A stretch of 64,000 bases of DNA from Eledone cirrhosa (GCA_964016885.1 OZ024757.1:20894001-20958000); one strand, 5' to 3'; shown: positions 26,255 through 40,240, counted from the stretch's first letter. Program-made: numbers and translations. The notes: a model not told the origin generated them from the sequence alone.

Positions 26255-26327
26255 CTTTAGCACTGAGTCCTTCAACACTAACTCCCAGGCTAGCAAGAAA
26301 TGTTAAACAGGTATTAATGTTTTCCAC
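26255..26327 (-). CDS. NAV: Internal coding exon, calponin-homology domain of a neuron navigator (NAV/UNC-53/sickie)-like protein
   Basis: Acceptor tttaatttattttcag, 73 bp encoding VENINTCLTFLASLGVSVEGLSAK plus 1 nt, donor gttagt; resembles the NAV2/3 segment recalled as IENIDACLNFLAAKGINIQGLSAE. Confidence 0.75.
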
Positions 26328-26529
26328 CTGAAAATAAATTAAACACAAATATTAATACAATTAAAAATAGCAAATGATTAGCAATAAGGTATATGAAGAA
26401 TATAATAATTGTTTCTACTTTAGGCACAAGGCCAGCAAATTACCCAGTGCATTACTGGTACTTTATTAAACCGAATGGTTCAGTCTGTGGAAACCTATCC
26501 AACCCTTGTTAGCAAGGATAGAGGACGTG

Positions 26530-26990
26530 AAATGATGGTGGGGATGGTGGTGATGGTGATAGTAGTGGTGGTGATAGTAGTGGTGGTGGTGATGGTGGTG
26601 GTCATGATGATGATGGTGGTGGTGGTGGTGGTGATGATAATGGTGGTGGTGGTGATGATAATGGTGGTGGTGGTGATGATAATGGTGGTGGTGATGATGA
26701 TGGTGGAAGTGGTGGTGATGATGATGGTGGAAGTGGTGGTGATGATGATTGTGGAAGTGGTGGTGGTGGTGATGATGGTGGTGATGATGATGGTGGTGGT
26801 GGTGATGGTGAAGATGGTGATAGTGGTGGTGATGGTGATGATGGTGGTGGTGGTGGTGATGATGGTGGTGGTGGTGGTGATGATGATGATGATGATGATG
26901 GTGGTGATGATGGTGGTGGTGGTGATGATGATGGTGGTGTTGATGGTGGTAATGATTATGAAGGCAAGGATGATGGTGATGGTGGTGATG
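26530..26990. repeat. (GGT/GAT)n array
   Basis: Direct reading. Confidence 0.95.
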
Positions 26991-27107
26991 AGAGCTAACA
27001 AGGGGCTAAACAATATCAGTACAACCAAAAGTTCGGTGAGAATTGGTCTAACTTCCTCTAGTCTTATCTTAAATCTTATCCAAGTCTAACTTAATATCAA
27101 GATGGCC

Positions 27108-27316
27108 GTTGATTGGCAGTATGAGAAAAGTGCTAAACAATATGCTTTGTGGCACAGAGTTTCATCCTTTTACATTCTGAGTTCAAATCTCTCCGAGGTT
27201 AACTTTGCCTTTCATCCTTATGGGGTCGATAAAATAAAGTACCAGTAATACAGTGGGGTCGATTTAAATGACTCCCTTCCCCCACATATTGTTGGCCTTG
27301 TGCCTAAATCAGAAAA
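27108..27316 (+). mobile_element. Meta-type SINE
   Basis: gagttcaaat B box and gcctttcatccttatggggtcgataaaataaagtacc. Confidence 0.8.
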
Positions 27317-27719
27317 GTTTAGCAACAATGTGAAACAGATTTCAACTTTGACATAGATTCGTAGCTGTCATCACAATTTTCTAATTAATTAGTAATTAAT
27401 AGAAACGTTCACGCTTCATTAATTTACACACCTTTCATTTTGAAATTGATTACATCACCTTCATAATTAGACATGTGTTTGCAATTATATCTATTGCTGT
27501 TGTGGCTGTTGTTATTGTGGTTATTATTGTGACTGTTGTTGTTGTGACTGTTGTTGTTGTTATTGTTGTTGTGGTTATTGTTGTGACTGTTGTTATTGTG
27601 ACTATTTTAAATAATTATATATGATTATTATTTATTAATCCTTACATAATAATAATAATAATAATAATAATAATTGTTTCTACATTTGGCACAAGGCCAG
27701 CAATTATCCCAGTGTATTA

Positions 27720-27901
27720 ATAATAATTGTTTCTACTTTTTGGCACAAGGCCAGCAATTACCCAGTACATTACTGGTACTTTATTTTATCGACCCCGTAA
27801 GGATGAAAGGCAAAGTTAACTTTGGCGGGATTTGAACTCAGAATGGCAAGGGCCGTAACTCTATGCGTCAAAGCATGGCGTCCGACCCTCTACTGATACT
27901 G
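27720..27901 (-). mobile_element. Meta-type SINE (family 2)
   Basis: Matches 28626-28818. Confidence 0.85.
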
Positions 27902-28256
27902 AATAATGATATATATATAATTGTTTCTACTATTGGCACATATATAATGATATATATATAATGATATATATATAATTCTTCGGCTCTGTTTAATTACATT
28001 GAGCTATACCTTTTACTGCCATTTCTATAATACGAAGAGGGTGTTTAACTCCAACACGCTCCAGTATTTTAATCCTTATATATATATATATATATAGAAA
28101 TTACATGAATCAAAGTTCTGTTAAAACCATTTATTCGCTTACAATTGCTATAATATTATAATGGATGTCAACCCACTGTGCATCGATATATACATATGTT
28201 TCTGGATGTCTCTTGTGTTGGAAAGGAGGTCAAGTATGTAAACAATCATTGAAAAA

Positions 28257-28305
28257 TTGCTCCGAAGACTCCAAATCTCGGTTTGGAAGAAACAATTGTA
28301 AGCAA
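28257..28305 (+). ncRNA. Hammerhead with U4C core (family G) in fold-back element 28093-28400
   Basis: UUGCU-CCGAAGA-C UCCAAA UCUCGG UUUGGA A-GAAA-CAAUUG-UA-AGCAA; inverted arm at 28093-28147. Confidence 0.7.
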
Positions 28306-28625
28306 ATAAATGGTTTGAACAGAACTTTGATTCATGTGATTTCTATATAACGGCTCTGTAGAACAACTGATGTTATTACATTGAGCTATTTATCTTACTG
28401 GTAATAAGGTAGTAATAAATTACTGTCTTTCACTGTTTACGGTTTAAAATATATATAACTATAAAAGGTTTTAGTATATACATAACCATAAATAGTATTA
28501 TTAATACTATAGATAGATATATGTGCCCCAGCATGGCCTCAGCCGGATGACTGGAACAAGTAAAAGAGTAAAAGAGTAATATATACACAGAATGTTTGAT
28601 GATTTAGTGCTAAAGAATAAACACT

Positions 28626-28818
28626 AATAATTGTTTCTACTTTTGGCACAAGGCCAGCAATTACCCAGTGCATTACTGGTACTTTATTTTATCGACCCCG
28701 TAAGGATGAAAGGCAAAGTAAACTTTGGCGGGATTTGAACTCAGAATGGCAAGGGCCGTAACTCTATGCGTCAAAGCATGGCATCCGACCCTCTAACGAT
28801 ACTGCCAATCCACCGCCC
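28626..28818 (-). mobile_element. Full-length Meta-type tRNA SINE (family 2)
   Basis: Minus strand: gggcggtggattggcagtatcgttagag...gagttcaaatccc...gcctttcatccttacggggtcgataaaataaagtaccag...(ATT) tail. Confidence 0.85.
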
Positions 28819-28850
28819 CTAAACACTAATAGTGCTAAGCTATAGCTTCT

Positions 28851-29417
28851 AGGTAAGTCTATTACTGGTGAGAGGGGGTTAAGGTGGCAATGGAAGCCAG
28901 GATTCAATATCATAGGTAAGTCCATTACCGGTGAGAGGGGGTTAAGGTGGCAATGGAAGTCAGGATTCAATATCATAGGTAAGTCCATTACTGGTGAGAG
29001 GGGGTTAAGGTGGCAATGGAAGCCAGGATTCAATATCATAGGTAAGTCCATTACCGGTGAGAGGGGGTTAAGGTGGCAATGGAAGTCAGGAGTCAATATC
29101 ATAGGTAAGTCCATTACCAGTGAGAGGGGGTTAAGGTGGCAATGGAAGTCAGGATTCAATATCATAAGTAAGTCCATTACTGGTGAGAAGGGGTTAAGAT
29201 GACAATGGAAGCCAGGATTCAATATCATAGGTAAGTCCATTACTGGTGAGAGGGGGTTAAGGTGATAATGGAAACCAGGGTTCAATATCATAGGTAAGTC
29301 CATTACTGGTGAGAGGGGGGTTAAGGTGGCAATGGAAGCCAGGATTCAATATCATAGTTAAGTCCATTACTGGTGAGAGGGGGTTAAGGTGGCAATGGAA
29401 GCCAGGATTCAATATCA
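28851..29417. repeat. 63-bp tandem repeat, 9 copies
   Basis: aggtaagtc at 28851, 28914 and onward. Confidence 0.95.
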
Positions 29418-30260
29418 GTTAACATGTTCTCAACACTTTCATCTTCATAGTGCTCTATCTTTCACATTTTTTCTATATTCTGAAAAAAATAATAATTTCA
29501 CCAACAGCTGAAATTTTCTCCCGACATTTCATGTCCCAGAATAATAACCGATGTAACTCAGATATCAGGAATAAAAGAAAGCAAAACAAACATGACAAAG
29601 TAAAAGAAACATTTGATTGATAACAACTGTTTGAACGAGGAATATTTCATGTTGACAAAAGGAGATCCATGAAAACAACATGATGATCAAAGGAATTGCG
29701 ACTTCTTCAGATTGTTTCTAAAATCTCTATAAATATTGATATCAAAGGAACTCTCATGGTGACCTTCAATTCGACAGAGATAAAAGAACACACCAATCAC
29801 CAAAAAAATGATTTAAAAAAAAAAAACACTAAATCTTTTCCATTTTTTTCTTCAACTGATATTTCAAATTCTTATATTTACCTATATTTTCTAATTAGAA
29901 ATATATTTTTCTGCTCCTAAGATGGCATCAAACAATAATAGGTAAATGGAAATATAATAATAAATGTATGTATGTGTGTATGTATGCATGTATGTATCAT
30001 CATTATGAACATAATCATCACCACTGCATTACATCTATCTAACCCATGATTGCATGGGTTAGATGGGTTGTCACATGCTGAGGCTAAATAGACAGGTCAT
30101 ATGACATGTTCCATTTTGGCAAGGTTTCTATGGAGGCCAACTACTTCATGGAATGCATTAAGTTTGTTTTTTCATGGCACAACTACTGCCACCTGACTTG
30201 GTGAACTAGATGCTTCTTACCATGGTCCCAACACACACAATTTACAGACTGAGATGGCTG

Positions 30261-30310
<50 letters not shown>

Positions 30311-30435
30311 AAGAATGAAGAGTAACATGGTTGGCTGTACAACAAGGGGCTTTATTTCAGGTATTGACAATTGTTTCATTGATCAGGTGAGTCTAGAGGT
30401 CGCTAATCACTTGAGGTTGTGTCACTCAATCTCCA

Positions 30436-30620
30436 TTTGGCAGTATTGGTAGAGTGTCGGATGCCATGCTTTGGCGCATAGAGTTACGGCCCTTGCCATT
30501 CTGAGTTCAAATCCCACCGAGGTTAACTTTGCCTTTCATCCTTACGGGGTCGATAAAATAAAGTACCAGTAATATACTGGGTAATTGCTGGCCTTGTGCC
30601 TAACGTAGAAACAATTATTT
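30436..30620 (+). mobile_element. Meta-type SINE (family 2)
   Basis: Full body match to other copies. Confidence 0.85.
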
Positions 30621-30880
30621 ACCTCTGATCAACTCATCAGAATACGAAGATATCAAATGGAAGTACAGCATAGTCGAAGCTCGAAGAGCAGCTAAGCTAA
30701 CAAATGCAATCAGAAGTGTAGCCAAGCACTTGATAAGGTATAAAACCTTAGAGTAATAACATTCCGTTTAAAGGGCTTTGAAAATTGACGATAGGGACCG
30801 GTAATTCAGCCATGGGGACTGTAGCAACAAAAGAACTGACTCGCGAGGAAAAATACATATATATCATCATCATCATTTTA

Positions 30881-30921
<41 letters not shown>

Positions 30922-30922
<1 letters not shown>

Positions 30923-31788
30923 TAGCAGTACAGCCCGGCATTGCTCGGGGCTGCTCAGTAGGTGTGTTAAAGTTACAATGTTAAGTTCCTTTCTTGGCTT
31001 AAAATGTGGTACTTTTGATTAATATTCCCTCAACCAACAGCATGCCTTATGAAGTTAAGAAAACATAACCATAACCGAATGTTAAAACAAAAGAGGATGC
31101 GGGGGATAAAAACTGCACTGGTAATCTATTAACAAAAATCGAAAATGTAAACACTGCAACACTTGTCTCAGAGAAAAACATCAGTGTAACCAAACTATCA
31201 GTTATTTTGAAACAAAGAAATTGGATGGACATGAAAAACAAAAAAAAATGCGTTATCTGTCTGTCGTTTAAAATCATTGCTTCTAAATGAAAATCTTATA
31301 AGGCTTTATTCGAGATCAATGCTTTTTTTACAAAATATTTGCTTGTTTTACGGTGTATTCAAATAGGCTTGTTTTCAAGTAAAAATATTGTTTTAAAAGA
31401 CTTTTTAATGGAAATGAAACAAAATGGAAGCTTAATGTTGAAATTTCGAACACATGAATTTTGCAGGTTAAAATTTTGCTGGCCCGAAAGTTGTTCATGT
31501 ATTTTTGTACTTTTGCACACGTCGTTTATTCCTAACGTAAATAGATAAGCAGAATGACGCCATAAAAGGGAAATGACTCGTCTCTCATCTCTATTTATAC
31601 ATTTGAACTGAAAAATCAATACATTACAATTCGATTTTTACACTTGGCGTGGGTTGATTTGAAAATATTTTTGACCCATGTCTCCGCCGGACCTTCATCT
31701 ATAAGTGTAGCAATTTCACCGAAATTTGAACGTACGGTTTAGGAGGAGATGTGTGCCGACCGTTTTAGTAGACAGACAACCTCAGTTT

Positions 31789-31800
<12 letters not shown>
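30922..31800 (-). mobile_element. Non-autonomous Helitron
   Basis: Minus-strand 3' end: hairpin CCCG AGCAATGC CGGG, then ctgtactgCTAG followed by T; other end in (TA)n after aatttcaccgaaatt...ggtttaggaggag...gacagac. Right boundary approximate. Confidence 0.6.
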
Positions 31801-31830
<30 letters not shown>

Positions 31831-32504
31831 TATATATGTGTGTGTGTTCCAACCCATGCTATATATATATATATACATACATATATGCAACAACAACTTC
31901 CTATGCTGATATTAATAATAATATCTTGTCCTCTTGCTCTTATTGTTGTTGTTTCTGGAGAATATAAAACTTTATGAGAAAGTCTTCATACTAGATGAGA
32001 AAAGAAATAAAATATATATCTGTATTTTTAGAATTTGAGCAAGGGCAGATATTAAAGATAAGCCTAATGGAAGACTAAAGTGACTTTTACAATAAAAGTT
32101 TATTTGCTATTGATTCGAGAAAATGGTTCTTAATTGTCCATGTTGAATTATTTTCTGGATTTGTATTTTTTTTTCCATCTGGAAGGTTTTTTTTAACCTC
32201 AGTACAAGAATGGAAAGAATTATGAAATGGACATATTTTATGGAAAAATATTCTGGGAAAATGCATTAAAAAGTGTTTAATAATAATAATATAAAAACAA
32301 AACAAAAAAAACCTGCTTTTAACCATATTACAGTTTAATTTATTTTATTTTATTTCAAAATACTGAAATATATTTCTAGGATTAAATTACATAAAGATAA
32401 TAAAGAATTTAATATTTAGTGAAACATAGGAAAAGGACTATAATTGCTATAAGTGGAAAAGAAGAGAAAGAGCAAGGATTATTTGGCAGCGAAAGAAATA
32501 AAAG

Positions 32505-35500
32505 GGAGAGCGTGACAGACTGTACACCTAAGATAGAGTGGTGCTATGGTTGTGTCCCCACAGACAAAAGGGGGAGGGGGAGAGGGTGACAGACTACACC
32601 TAAGATAGAGTGGTGTTATGGCTGTGTCCCCGCAGACAAAAGGGGGAGGGGGAGAGGGTGACAGACTGTACACCTAAGATAGAGTGGTGTTATGGCTGTG
32701 TCCCCGCAGACAAAAGGGTGAGGGGGAGAGGGTGACAGACTGTACACCTAAGATAGAGTGGTGCTATGGTTGTGTCCCCACAGACAAAAGGGGGAGGGGG
32801 AGAGGGTGACAGACTACACCTAAGATAGAGTGGTGTTATGGCTGTGTCCCCGCAGACAAAAGGGGGAGGGGGAGAGGGTGACAGACTGTACACCTAAGAT
32901 AGAGTGGTGTTATGGCTGTGTCCCCGCAGACAAAAGGGGGAGGGGGAGAGGGTGACAGACTGTACACCTAAGATAGAGTGGTGTTATGGCTGTGTCTCCA
33001 CAGACAAAAGGGAGAGGGGGAGAGGGTGACAGACTGTACACCTAAGATAGAGTGGTGCTATGGTTGTGTCCCCACAGACAAAAGGGAGAGGGGGAGAGGG
33101 TGACAGACTGTACACCTAAGATAGAGTGGTGCTATGGCTGTGTCCCCACAGACAAAAGGGAGAGGGGGAGAGGGTGACAGACTGTACACCTAAGATAGAG
33201 TGGTGTTATGGCTGTGTCCCCGCAGACAAAAGGGGGAGGGGGAGAGGGTGACAGACTGTACACCTAAGATAGAGTGGTGCTATGGCTGTGTCCCCACAGA
33301 CAAAAGGGTGAGGGGGAGAGGGTGACAGACTGTACACCTAAGATAGAGTGGTGTTATGGCTGTGTCCCCACAGACAAAAGGGTGAGGGGGAGAGGGTGAC
33401 AGACTGTACACCTAAGATAGAGTGGTGTTATGGCTGTGTCCCCGCAGACAAAAGGGTGAGGGGGAGAGGGTGACAGACTGTACACCTAAGATAGAGTGGT
33501 GTTATGGCTGTGTCCCCGCAGACAAAAGGGAGAGGGGGAGAGGGTGACAGACTGTACACCTAAGATAGAGTGGTGTTATGGCTGTGTCCCCGCAGACAAA
33601 AGGGTGAGGGGGAGAGGGTGACAGACTGTACACCTAAGATAGAGTGGTGTTATGGCTGTGTCCCCGCAGACAAAAGGGTGAGGGGGAGAGGGTGACAGAC
33701 TGTACACCTAAGATAGAGTGGTGTTATGGCTGTGTCCCCGCAGACAAAAGGGAGAGGGGGAGAGGGTGACAGACTGTACACCTAAGATAGAGTGGTGTTA
33801 TGGCTGTGTCCCCGCAGACAAAAGGGTGAGGGGGAGAGGGTGACAGACTGTACACCTAAGATAGAGTGGTGTTATGGCTGTGTCCCCGCAGACAAAAGGG
33901 TGAGGGGGAGAGGGTGACAGACTGTACACCTAAGATAGAGTGGTGCTATGGCTGTGTCCCCACAGACAAAAGGGTGAGGGGGAGAGGGGGACATACTGTA
34001 CACTTAAGATAGAGTGGTGCTATGGCTGTGTCTCCACAGACAAAAGGGAGAGGGGGAGAGGGTGACAGACTGTACACCTAAGATAGAGTGGTGTTATGGC
34101 TGTGTCCCCGCAGACAAAAGGGTGAGGGGGAGAGGGTGACAGACTGTACACCTAAGATAGAGTGGTGTTATGGCTGTGTCCCCGCAGACAAAAGGGAGAG
34201 GGGGAGAGGGTGACAGACTGTACACCTAAGATAGAGTGGTGTTATGGCTGTGTCCCCGCAGACAAAAGGGTGAGGGGGAGAGGGTGACAGACTGTACACC
34301 TAAGATAGAGTGGTGTTATGGCTGTGTCCCCGCAGACAAAAGGGTGAGGGGGAGAGGGTGACAGACTGTACACCTAAGATAGAGTGGTGTTATGGTTGTG
34401 TCCCCGCAGACAAAAGGGTGAGGGGGAGAGGGTGACAGACTGTACACCTAAGATAGAGTGGTGTTATGGCTGTGTCCCCGCAGACAAAAGGGGGAGAGGG
34501 AGAGGGTGACAGACTGTACACCTAAGATAGAGTGGTGCTATGGCTGTGTCCCCACAGACAAAAGGGTGAGGGGGAGAGGGTGACAGACTGTACACCTAAG
34601 ATAGAGTGGTGTTATGGTTGTGTCCCCGCAGACAAAAGGGGGAGGGGGAGAGGGTGACAGACTACACCTAAGATAGAGTGGTGTTATGGCTGTGTCCCCG
34701 CAGACAAAAGGGTGAGGGGGAGAGGGTGACAGACTGTACACCTAAGATAGAGTGGTGTTATGGCTGTGTCCCCACAGACAAAAGGGAGAGGGGGAGAGGG
34801 TGACAGACTACACCTAAGATAGAGTGGTGTTATGGCTGTGTCCCCGCAGACAAAAGGGGGAGAGGGAGAGGGTGACAGACTACACCTAAGATAGAGTGGT
34901 GTTATGGCTGTGTCCCCACAGACAAAAGGGTGAGGGGGAGAGGGTGACAGACTGTACACCTAAGATAGAGTGGTGTTATGGTTGTGTCCCCGCAGACAAA
35001 AGGGGGAGGGGGAGAGGGTGACAGACTACACCTAAGATAGAGTGGTGTTATGGCTGTGTCCCCGCAGACAAAAGGGTGAGGGGGAGAGGGTGACAGACTG
35101 TACACCTAAGATAGAGTGGTGTTATGGCTGTGTCCCCACAGACAAAAGGGAGAGGGGGAGAGGGTGACAGACTACACCTAAGATAGAGTGGTGTTATGGC
35201 TGTGTCCCCGCAGACAAAAGGGTGAAAGGGAGAGGGTGACAGACTGTACACCTAAGATAGAGTGGTGCTATGGCTGGGTCCCCGCAGACAAAGGGGAGAG
35301 GGGGAGAGGGTGACAGACTGTACACCTAAGATAGAGTGGTGCTATGGCTGGGTCCCCGCAGACAAAGGGGAGAGGGGGAGAGGGTGACAGACTGTACACC
35401 TAAGATAGAGTGGTGTTATGGTTGTGTCCCCACAGACAAAAGGGAGAGGGGGAGAGGGTGACATACTGTACACCTAAGATAGAGTGGTGTTATGGCTGTG

Positions 35501-38500
35501 TCCCCGCAGACAAAAGGGTGAGGGGGAGAGGGTGACAGACTGTACACCTAAGATAGAGTGGTGTTATGGGTGTGTCCCCGCAGACAAAAGGGTGAGGGGG
35601 GAGAGGGTGACAGACTGTACACCTAAGATAGAGTGGTGTTATGGCTGTGTCCCCGCAGACAAAAGGGTGAGGGGGGAGAGGGTGACAGACTGTACACCTA
35701 AGATAGAGTGGTGTTATGGCTGTGTCCCCGCAGACAAAAGGGAGAGGGGGAGAGGGTGACAGACTGTACACCTAAGATAGAGTGGTGTTATGGCTGTGTC
35801 CCCGCAGACAAAAGGGAGAGGGGGAGAGGGTGACAGACTACACCTAAGATAGAGTGGTGTTATGGCTGTGTCCCCGCAGACAAAAGGGTGAGGGGGAGAG
35901 GGTGACAGACTGTACACCTAAGATAGAGTGGTGCTATGGCTGTGTCCCCGCAGACAAAAGGGTGAGGGGGAGAGGGTGACAGACTACACCTAAGATAGAG
36001 TGGTGTTATGGCTGTGTCCCCGCAGACAAAAGGGTGAGGGGGAGAGCGTGACAGACTGTACACCTAAGATAGAGTGGTGTTATGGCTGTGTCCCCGCAGA
36101 CAAAAGGGTGAGGGGGAGAGGGTGACAGACTGTACACCTAAGATAGAGTGGTGTTATGGCTGTGTCCCCGCAGACAAAAGGGTGAGGGGGAGAGGGTGAC
36201 AGACTACACCTAAGATAGAGTGGTGTTATGGCTGTGTCCCCGCAGACAAAAGGGTGAGGGGGAGAGGGTGACAGACTGTACACCTAAGATAGAGTGGTGT
36301 TATGGCTGTGTCCCCGCAGACAAAAGGGTGAGGGGGAGAGGGTGACAGACTGTACACCTAAGATAGAGTGGTGTTATGGCTGTGTCCCCGCAGACAAAAG
36401 GGTGAGGGGGAGAGGGTGACAGACTACACCTAAGATAGAGTGGTGTTATGGCTGTGTCCCCGCAGACAAAAGGGGGAGGGGGAGAGCGTGACAGACTGTA
36501 CACCTAAGATAGAGTGGTGTTATGGCTGTGTCCCCGCAGACAAAAGGGGGAGGGGGAGAGCGTGACAGACTGTACACCTAAGATAGAGTGGTGTTATGGC
36601 TGTGTCCCCACAGACAAAAGGGGGAGGGGGAGAGCGTGACAGACTGTACACCTAAGATAGAGTGGTGTTATGGCTGTGTCCCCACAGACAAAAGGGGGAG
36701 GGGGAGAGCGTGACAGACTGTACACCTAAGATAGAGTGGTGTTATGGCTGTGTCCCCACAGACAAAAGGGTGAAAGGGAGAGGGTGACAGACTGTACACC
36801 TAAGATAGAGTGGTGTTATGGCTGTGTCCCCACAGACAAAAGGGGGAGGGGGAGAGCGTGACAGACTGTACACCTAAGATAGAGTGGTGTTATGGCTGTG
36901 TCCCCACAGACAAAAGGGGGAGGGGGAGAGCGTGACAGACTGTACACCTAAGATAGAGTGGTGTTATGGCTGTGTCCCCACAGACAAAAGGGGGAGGGGG
37001 AGAGCGTGACAGACTGTACACCTAAGATAGAGTGGTGTTATGGCTGTGTCCCCACAGACAAAAGGGGGAGGGGGAGAGCGTGACAGACTGTACACCTAAG
37101 ATAGAGTGGTGTTATGGCTGTGTCCCCGCAGACAAAAGGGTGAGGGGGAGAGGGTGACAGACTGTACACCTAAGATAGAGTGGTGTTATGGCTGTGTCCC
37201 CGCAGACAAAAGGGGGAGGGGGAGAGCGTGACAGACTGTACACCTAAGATAGAGTGGTGTTATGGCTGTGTCCCCGCAGACAAAAGGGGGAGGGGGAGAG
37301 CGTGACAGACTGTACACCTAAGATAGAGTGGTGTTATGGCTGTGTCCCCACAGACAAAAGGGTGAGGGGGAGAGGGTGACAGACTGTACACCTAAGATAG
37401 AGTGGTGCTATGGCTGTGTCCCCGCAGACAAAAGGGTGAGGGGGAGAGGGTGACAGACTGTACACCTAAGATAGAGTGGTGTTATGGCTGTGTCCCCGCA
37501 GACAAAAGGGTGAGGGGGAGAGGGTGACAGACTGTACACCTAAGATAGAGTGGTGTTATGGCTGTGTCCCCGCAGACAAAAGGGTGAGGGGGAGAGGGTG
37601 ACAGACTGTACACCTAAGATAGAGTGGTGTTATGGCTGTGTCCCCGCAGACAAAAGGGAGAGGGGGGAGAGGGTGACAGACTGTACACCTAAGATAGAGT
37701 GGTGTTATGGCTGTGTCCCCACAGACAAAAGGGGGAGGGGGAGAGCGTGACAGACTGTACACCTAAGATAGAGTGGTGTTATGGCTGTGTCCCCGCAGAC
37801 AAAAGGGTGAGGGGGAGAGGGTGACAGACTGTACACCTAAGATAGAGTGGTGTTATGGCTGTGTCCCCGCAGACAAAAGGGGGAGGGGGAGAGCGTGACA
37901 GACTGTACACCTAAGATAGAGTGGTGTTATGGCTGTGTCCCCGCAGACAAAAGGGGGAGGGGGAGAGCGTGACAGACTGTACACCTAAGATAGAGTGGTG
38001 TTATGGCTGTGTCCCCACAGACAAAAGGGTGAGGGGGAGAGGGTGACAGACTGTACACCTAAGATAGAGTGGTGCTATGGCTGTGTCCCCGCAGACAAAA
38101 GGGTGAGGGGGAGAGGGTGACAGACTGTACACCTAAGATAGAGTGGTGTTATGGCTGTGTCCCCGCAGACAAAAGGGTGAGGGGGAGAGGGTGACAGACT
38201 GTACACCTAAGATAGAGTGGTGTTATGGCTGTGTCCCCGCAGACAAAAGGGTGAGGGGGAGAGGGTGACAGACTGTACACCTAAGATAGAGTGGTGTTAT
38301 GGCTGTGTCCCCGCAGACAAAAGGGAGAGGGGGGAGAGGGTGACAGACTGTACACCTAAGATAGAGTGGTGTTATGGCTGTGTCCCCGCAGACAAAAGGG
38401 TGAGGGGGAGAGGGTGACAGACTGTACACCTAAGATAGAGTGGTGTTATGGCTGTGTCCCCGCAGACAAAAGGGTGAGGGGGAGAGGGTGACAGACTGTA

Positions 38501-40240
38501 CACCTAAGATAGAGTGGTGTTATGGCTGTGTCCCCGCAGACAAAAGGGTGAGGGGGAGAGGGTGACAGACTGTACACCTAAGATAGAGTGGTGTTATGGC
38601 TGTGTCCCCGCAGACAAAAGGGAGAGGGGGGAGAGGGTGACAGACTGTACACCTAAGATAGAGTGGTGTTATGGCTGTGTCCCCGCAGACAAAAGGGTGA
38701 GGGGGAGAGGGTGACAGACTGTACACCTAAGATAGAGTGGTGTTATGGCTGTGTCCCCGCAGACAAAAGGGAGAGGGGGGAGAGGGTGACAGACTGTACA
38801 CCTAAGATAGAGTGGTGTTATGGCTGTGTCCCCGCAGACAAAAGGGTGAGGGGGAGAGGGTGACAGACTGTACACCTAAGATAGAGTGGTGTTATGGCTG
38901 TGTCCCCGCAGACAAAAGGGAGAGGGGGAGAGGGGGACAGACTGTACACCTAAGATAGAGTGGTGTTATGGCTGTGTCCCCGCAGACAAAAGGGTGAAAG
39001 GGAGAGGGTGACAGACTGTACACCTAAGATAGAGTGGTGTTATGGCTGTGTCTCCACAGACAAAAGGGTGAGGGGGAGAGGGTGACAGACTGTACACCTA
39101 AGATAGAGTGGTGTTATGGCTGTGTCCCCGCAGACAAAAGGGTGAGGGGGAGAGGGTGACAGACTGTACACCTAAGATAGAGTGGTGTTATGGCTGTGTC
39201 CCCGCAGACAAAAGGGAGAGGGGGAGAGGGGGACAGACTGTACACCTAAGATAGAGTGGTGTTATGGCTGTGTCCCCGCAGACAAAAGGGAGAGGGGGAG
39301 AGGGGGACAGACTGTACACCTAAGATAGAGTGGTGTTATGGCTGTGTCCCCGCAGACAAAAGGGAGAGGGGGAGAGGGTGACAGACTGTACACCTAAGAT
39401 AGAGTGGTGTTATGGCTGTGTCCCCACAGACAAAAGGGTGAGGGGGAGAGGGTGACAGACTACACCTAAGATAGAGTGGTGTTATGGCTGTGTCCCCGCA
39501 GACAAAAGGGAGAGGGGGAGAGGGGGACAGACTGTACACCTAAGATAGAGTGGTGTTATGGCTGTGTCCCCGCAGACAAAAGGGTGAGGGGGAGAGGGTG
39601 ACAGACTGTACACCTAAGATAGAGTGGTGTTATGGCTGTGTCCCCGCAGACAAAAGGGTGAGGGGGAGAGGGTGACAGACTACACCTAAGATAGAGTGGT
39701 GTTATGGCTGTGTCCCCGCAGACAAAGGGGAGAGGGGGAGAGGGTGACAGACTGTACACCTAAGATAGAGTGGTGTTATGGCTGTGTCCCCGCAGACAAA
39801 GGGGAGAGGGGGAGAGGGTGACAGACTGTACACCTAAGATAGAGTGGTTCTATGGCTGTGTCCCCGCAGACAAAAGGGAGAGGGGGAGAGGGTGACAGAC
39901 TACACCTAAGATAGAGTGGTGTTATGGTTGTGTCCCCGCAGACAAAAGGGGGAGGGGGAGAGGGTGACAGACTGTACACCTAAGATAGAGTGGTGTTATG
40001 GCTGGGTCCCCGCAGACAAAAGGGTGAGGGGGAGAGGGTGACAGACTACACCTAAGATAGAGTGGTGTTATGGTTGTGTCCCCGCAGACAAAAGGGTGAG
40101 GGGGAGAGGGTGACAGACTGTACACCTAAGATAGAGTGGTGTTATGGTTGTGTCCCCGCAGACAAAAGGGTGAGGGGGAGAGGGTGACAGACTGTACACC
40201 TAAGATAGAGTGGTGTTATGGTTGTGTCCCCGCAGACAAA
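32505..40240. repeat. 74-bp satellite, ~105 copies
   Basis: Unit gacagactgtacacctaagatagagtggtgttatggctgtgtccccgcagacaaaagggtgagggggagagggt, with 72- and 75-bp variants. Confidence 0.97.

Noticed and set aside
28764-29303. 21-aa repeat ORF
   Set aside because: Consequence of a 63-bp minisatellite; the frame runs into a SINE.
29420-29500. Minus-strand acceptor-like ttattatttttttcag
   Set aside because: All three frames stop within 12 codons and show no NAV similarity.
32505-40240. Tandem arrays as CRISPR or repetitive genes
   Set aside because: No unique spacers or cas genes, eukaryotic context, and the unit length is not a multiple of 3.
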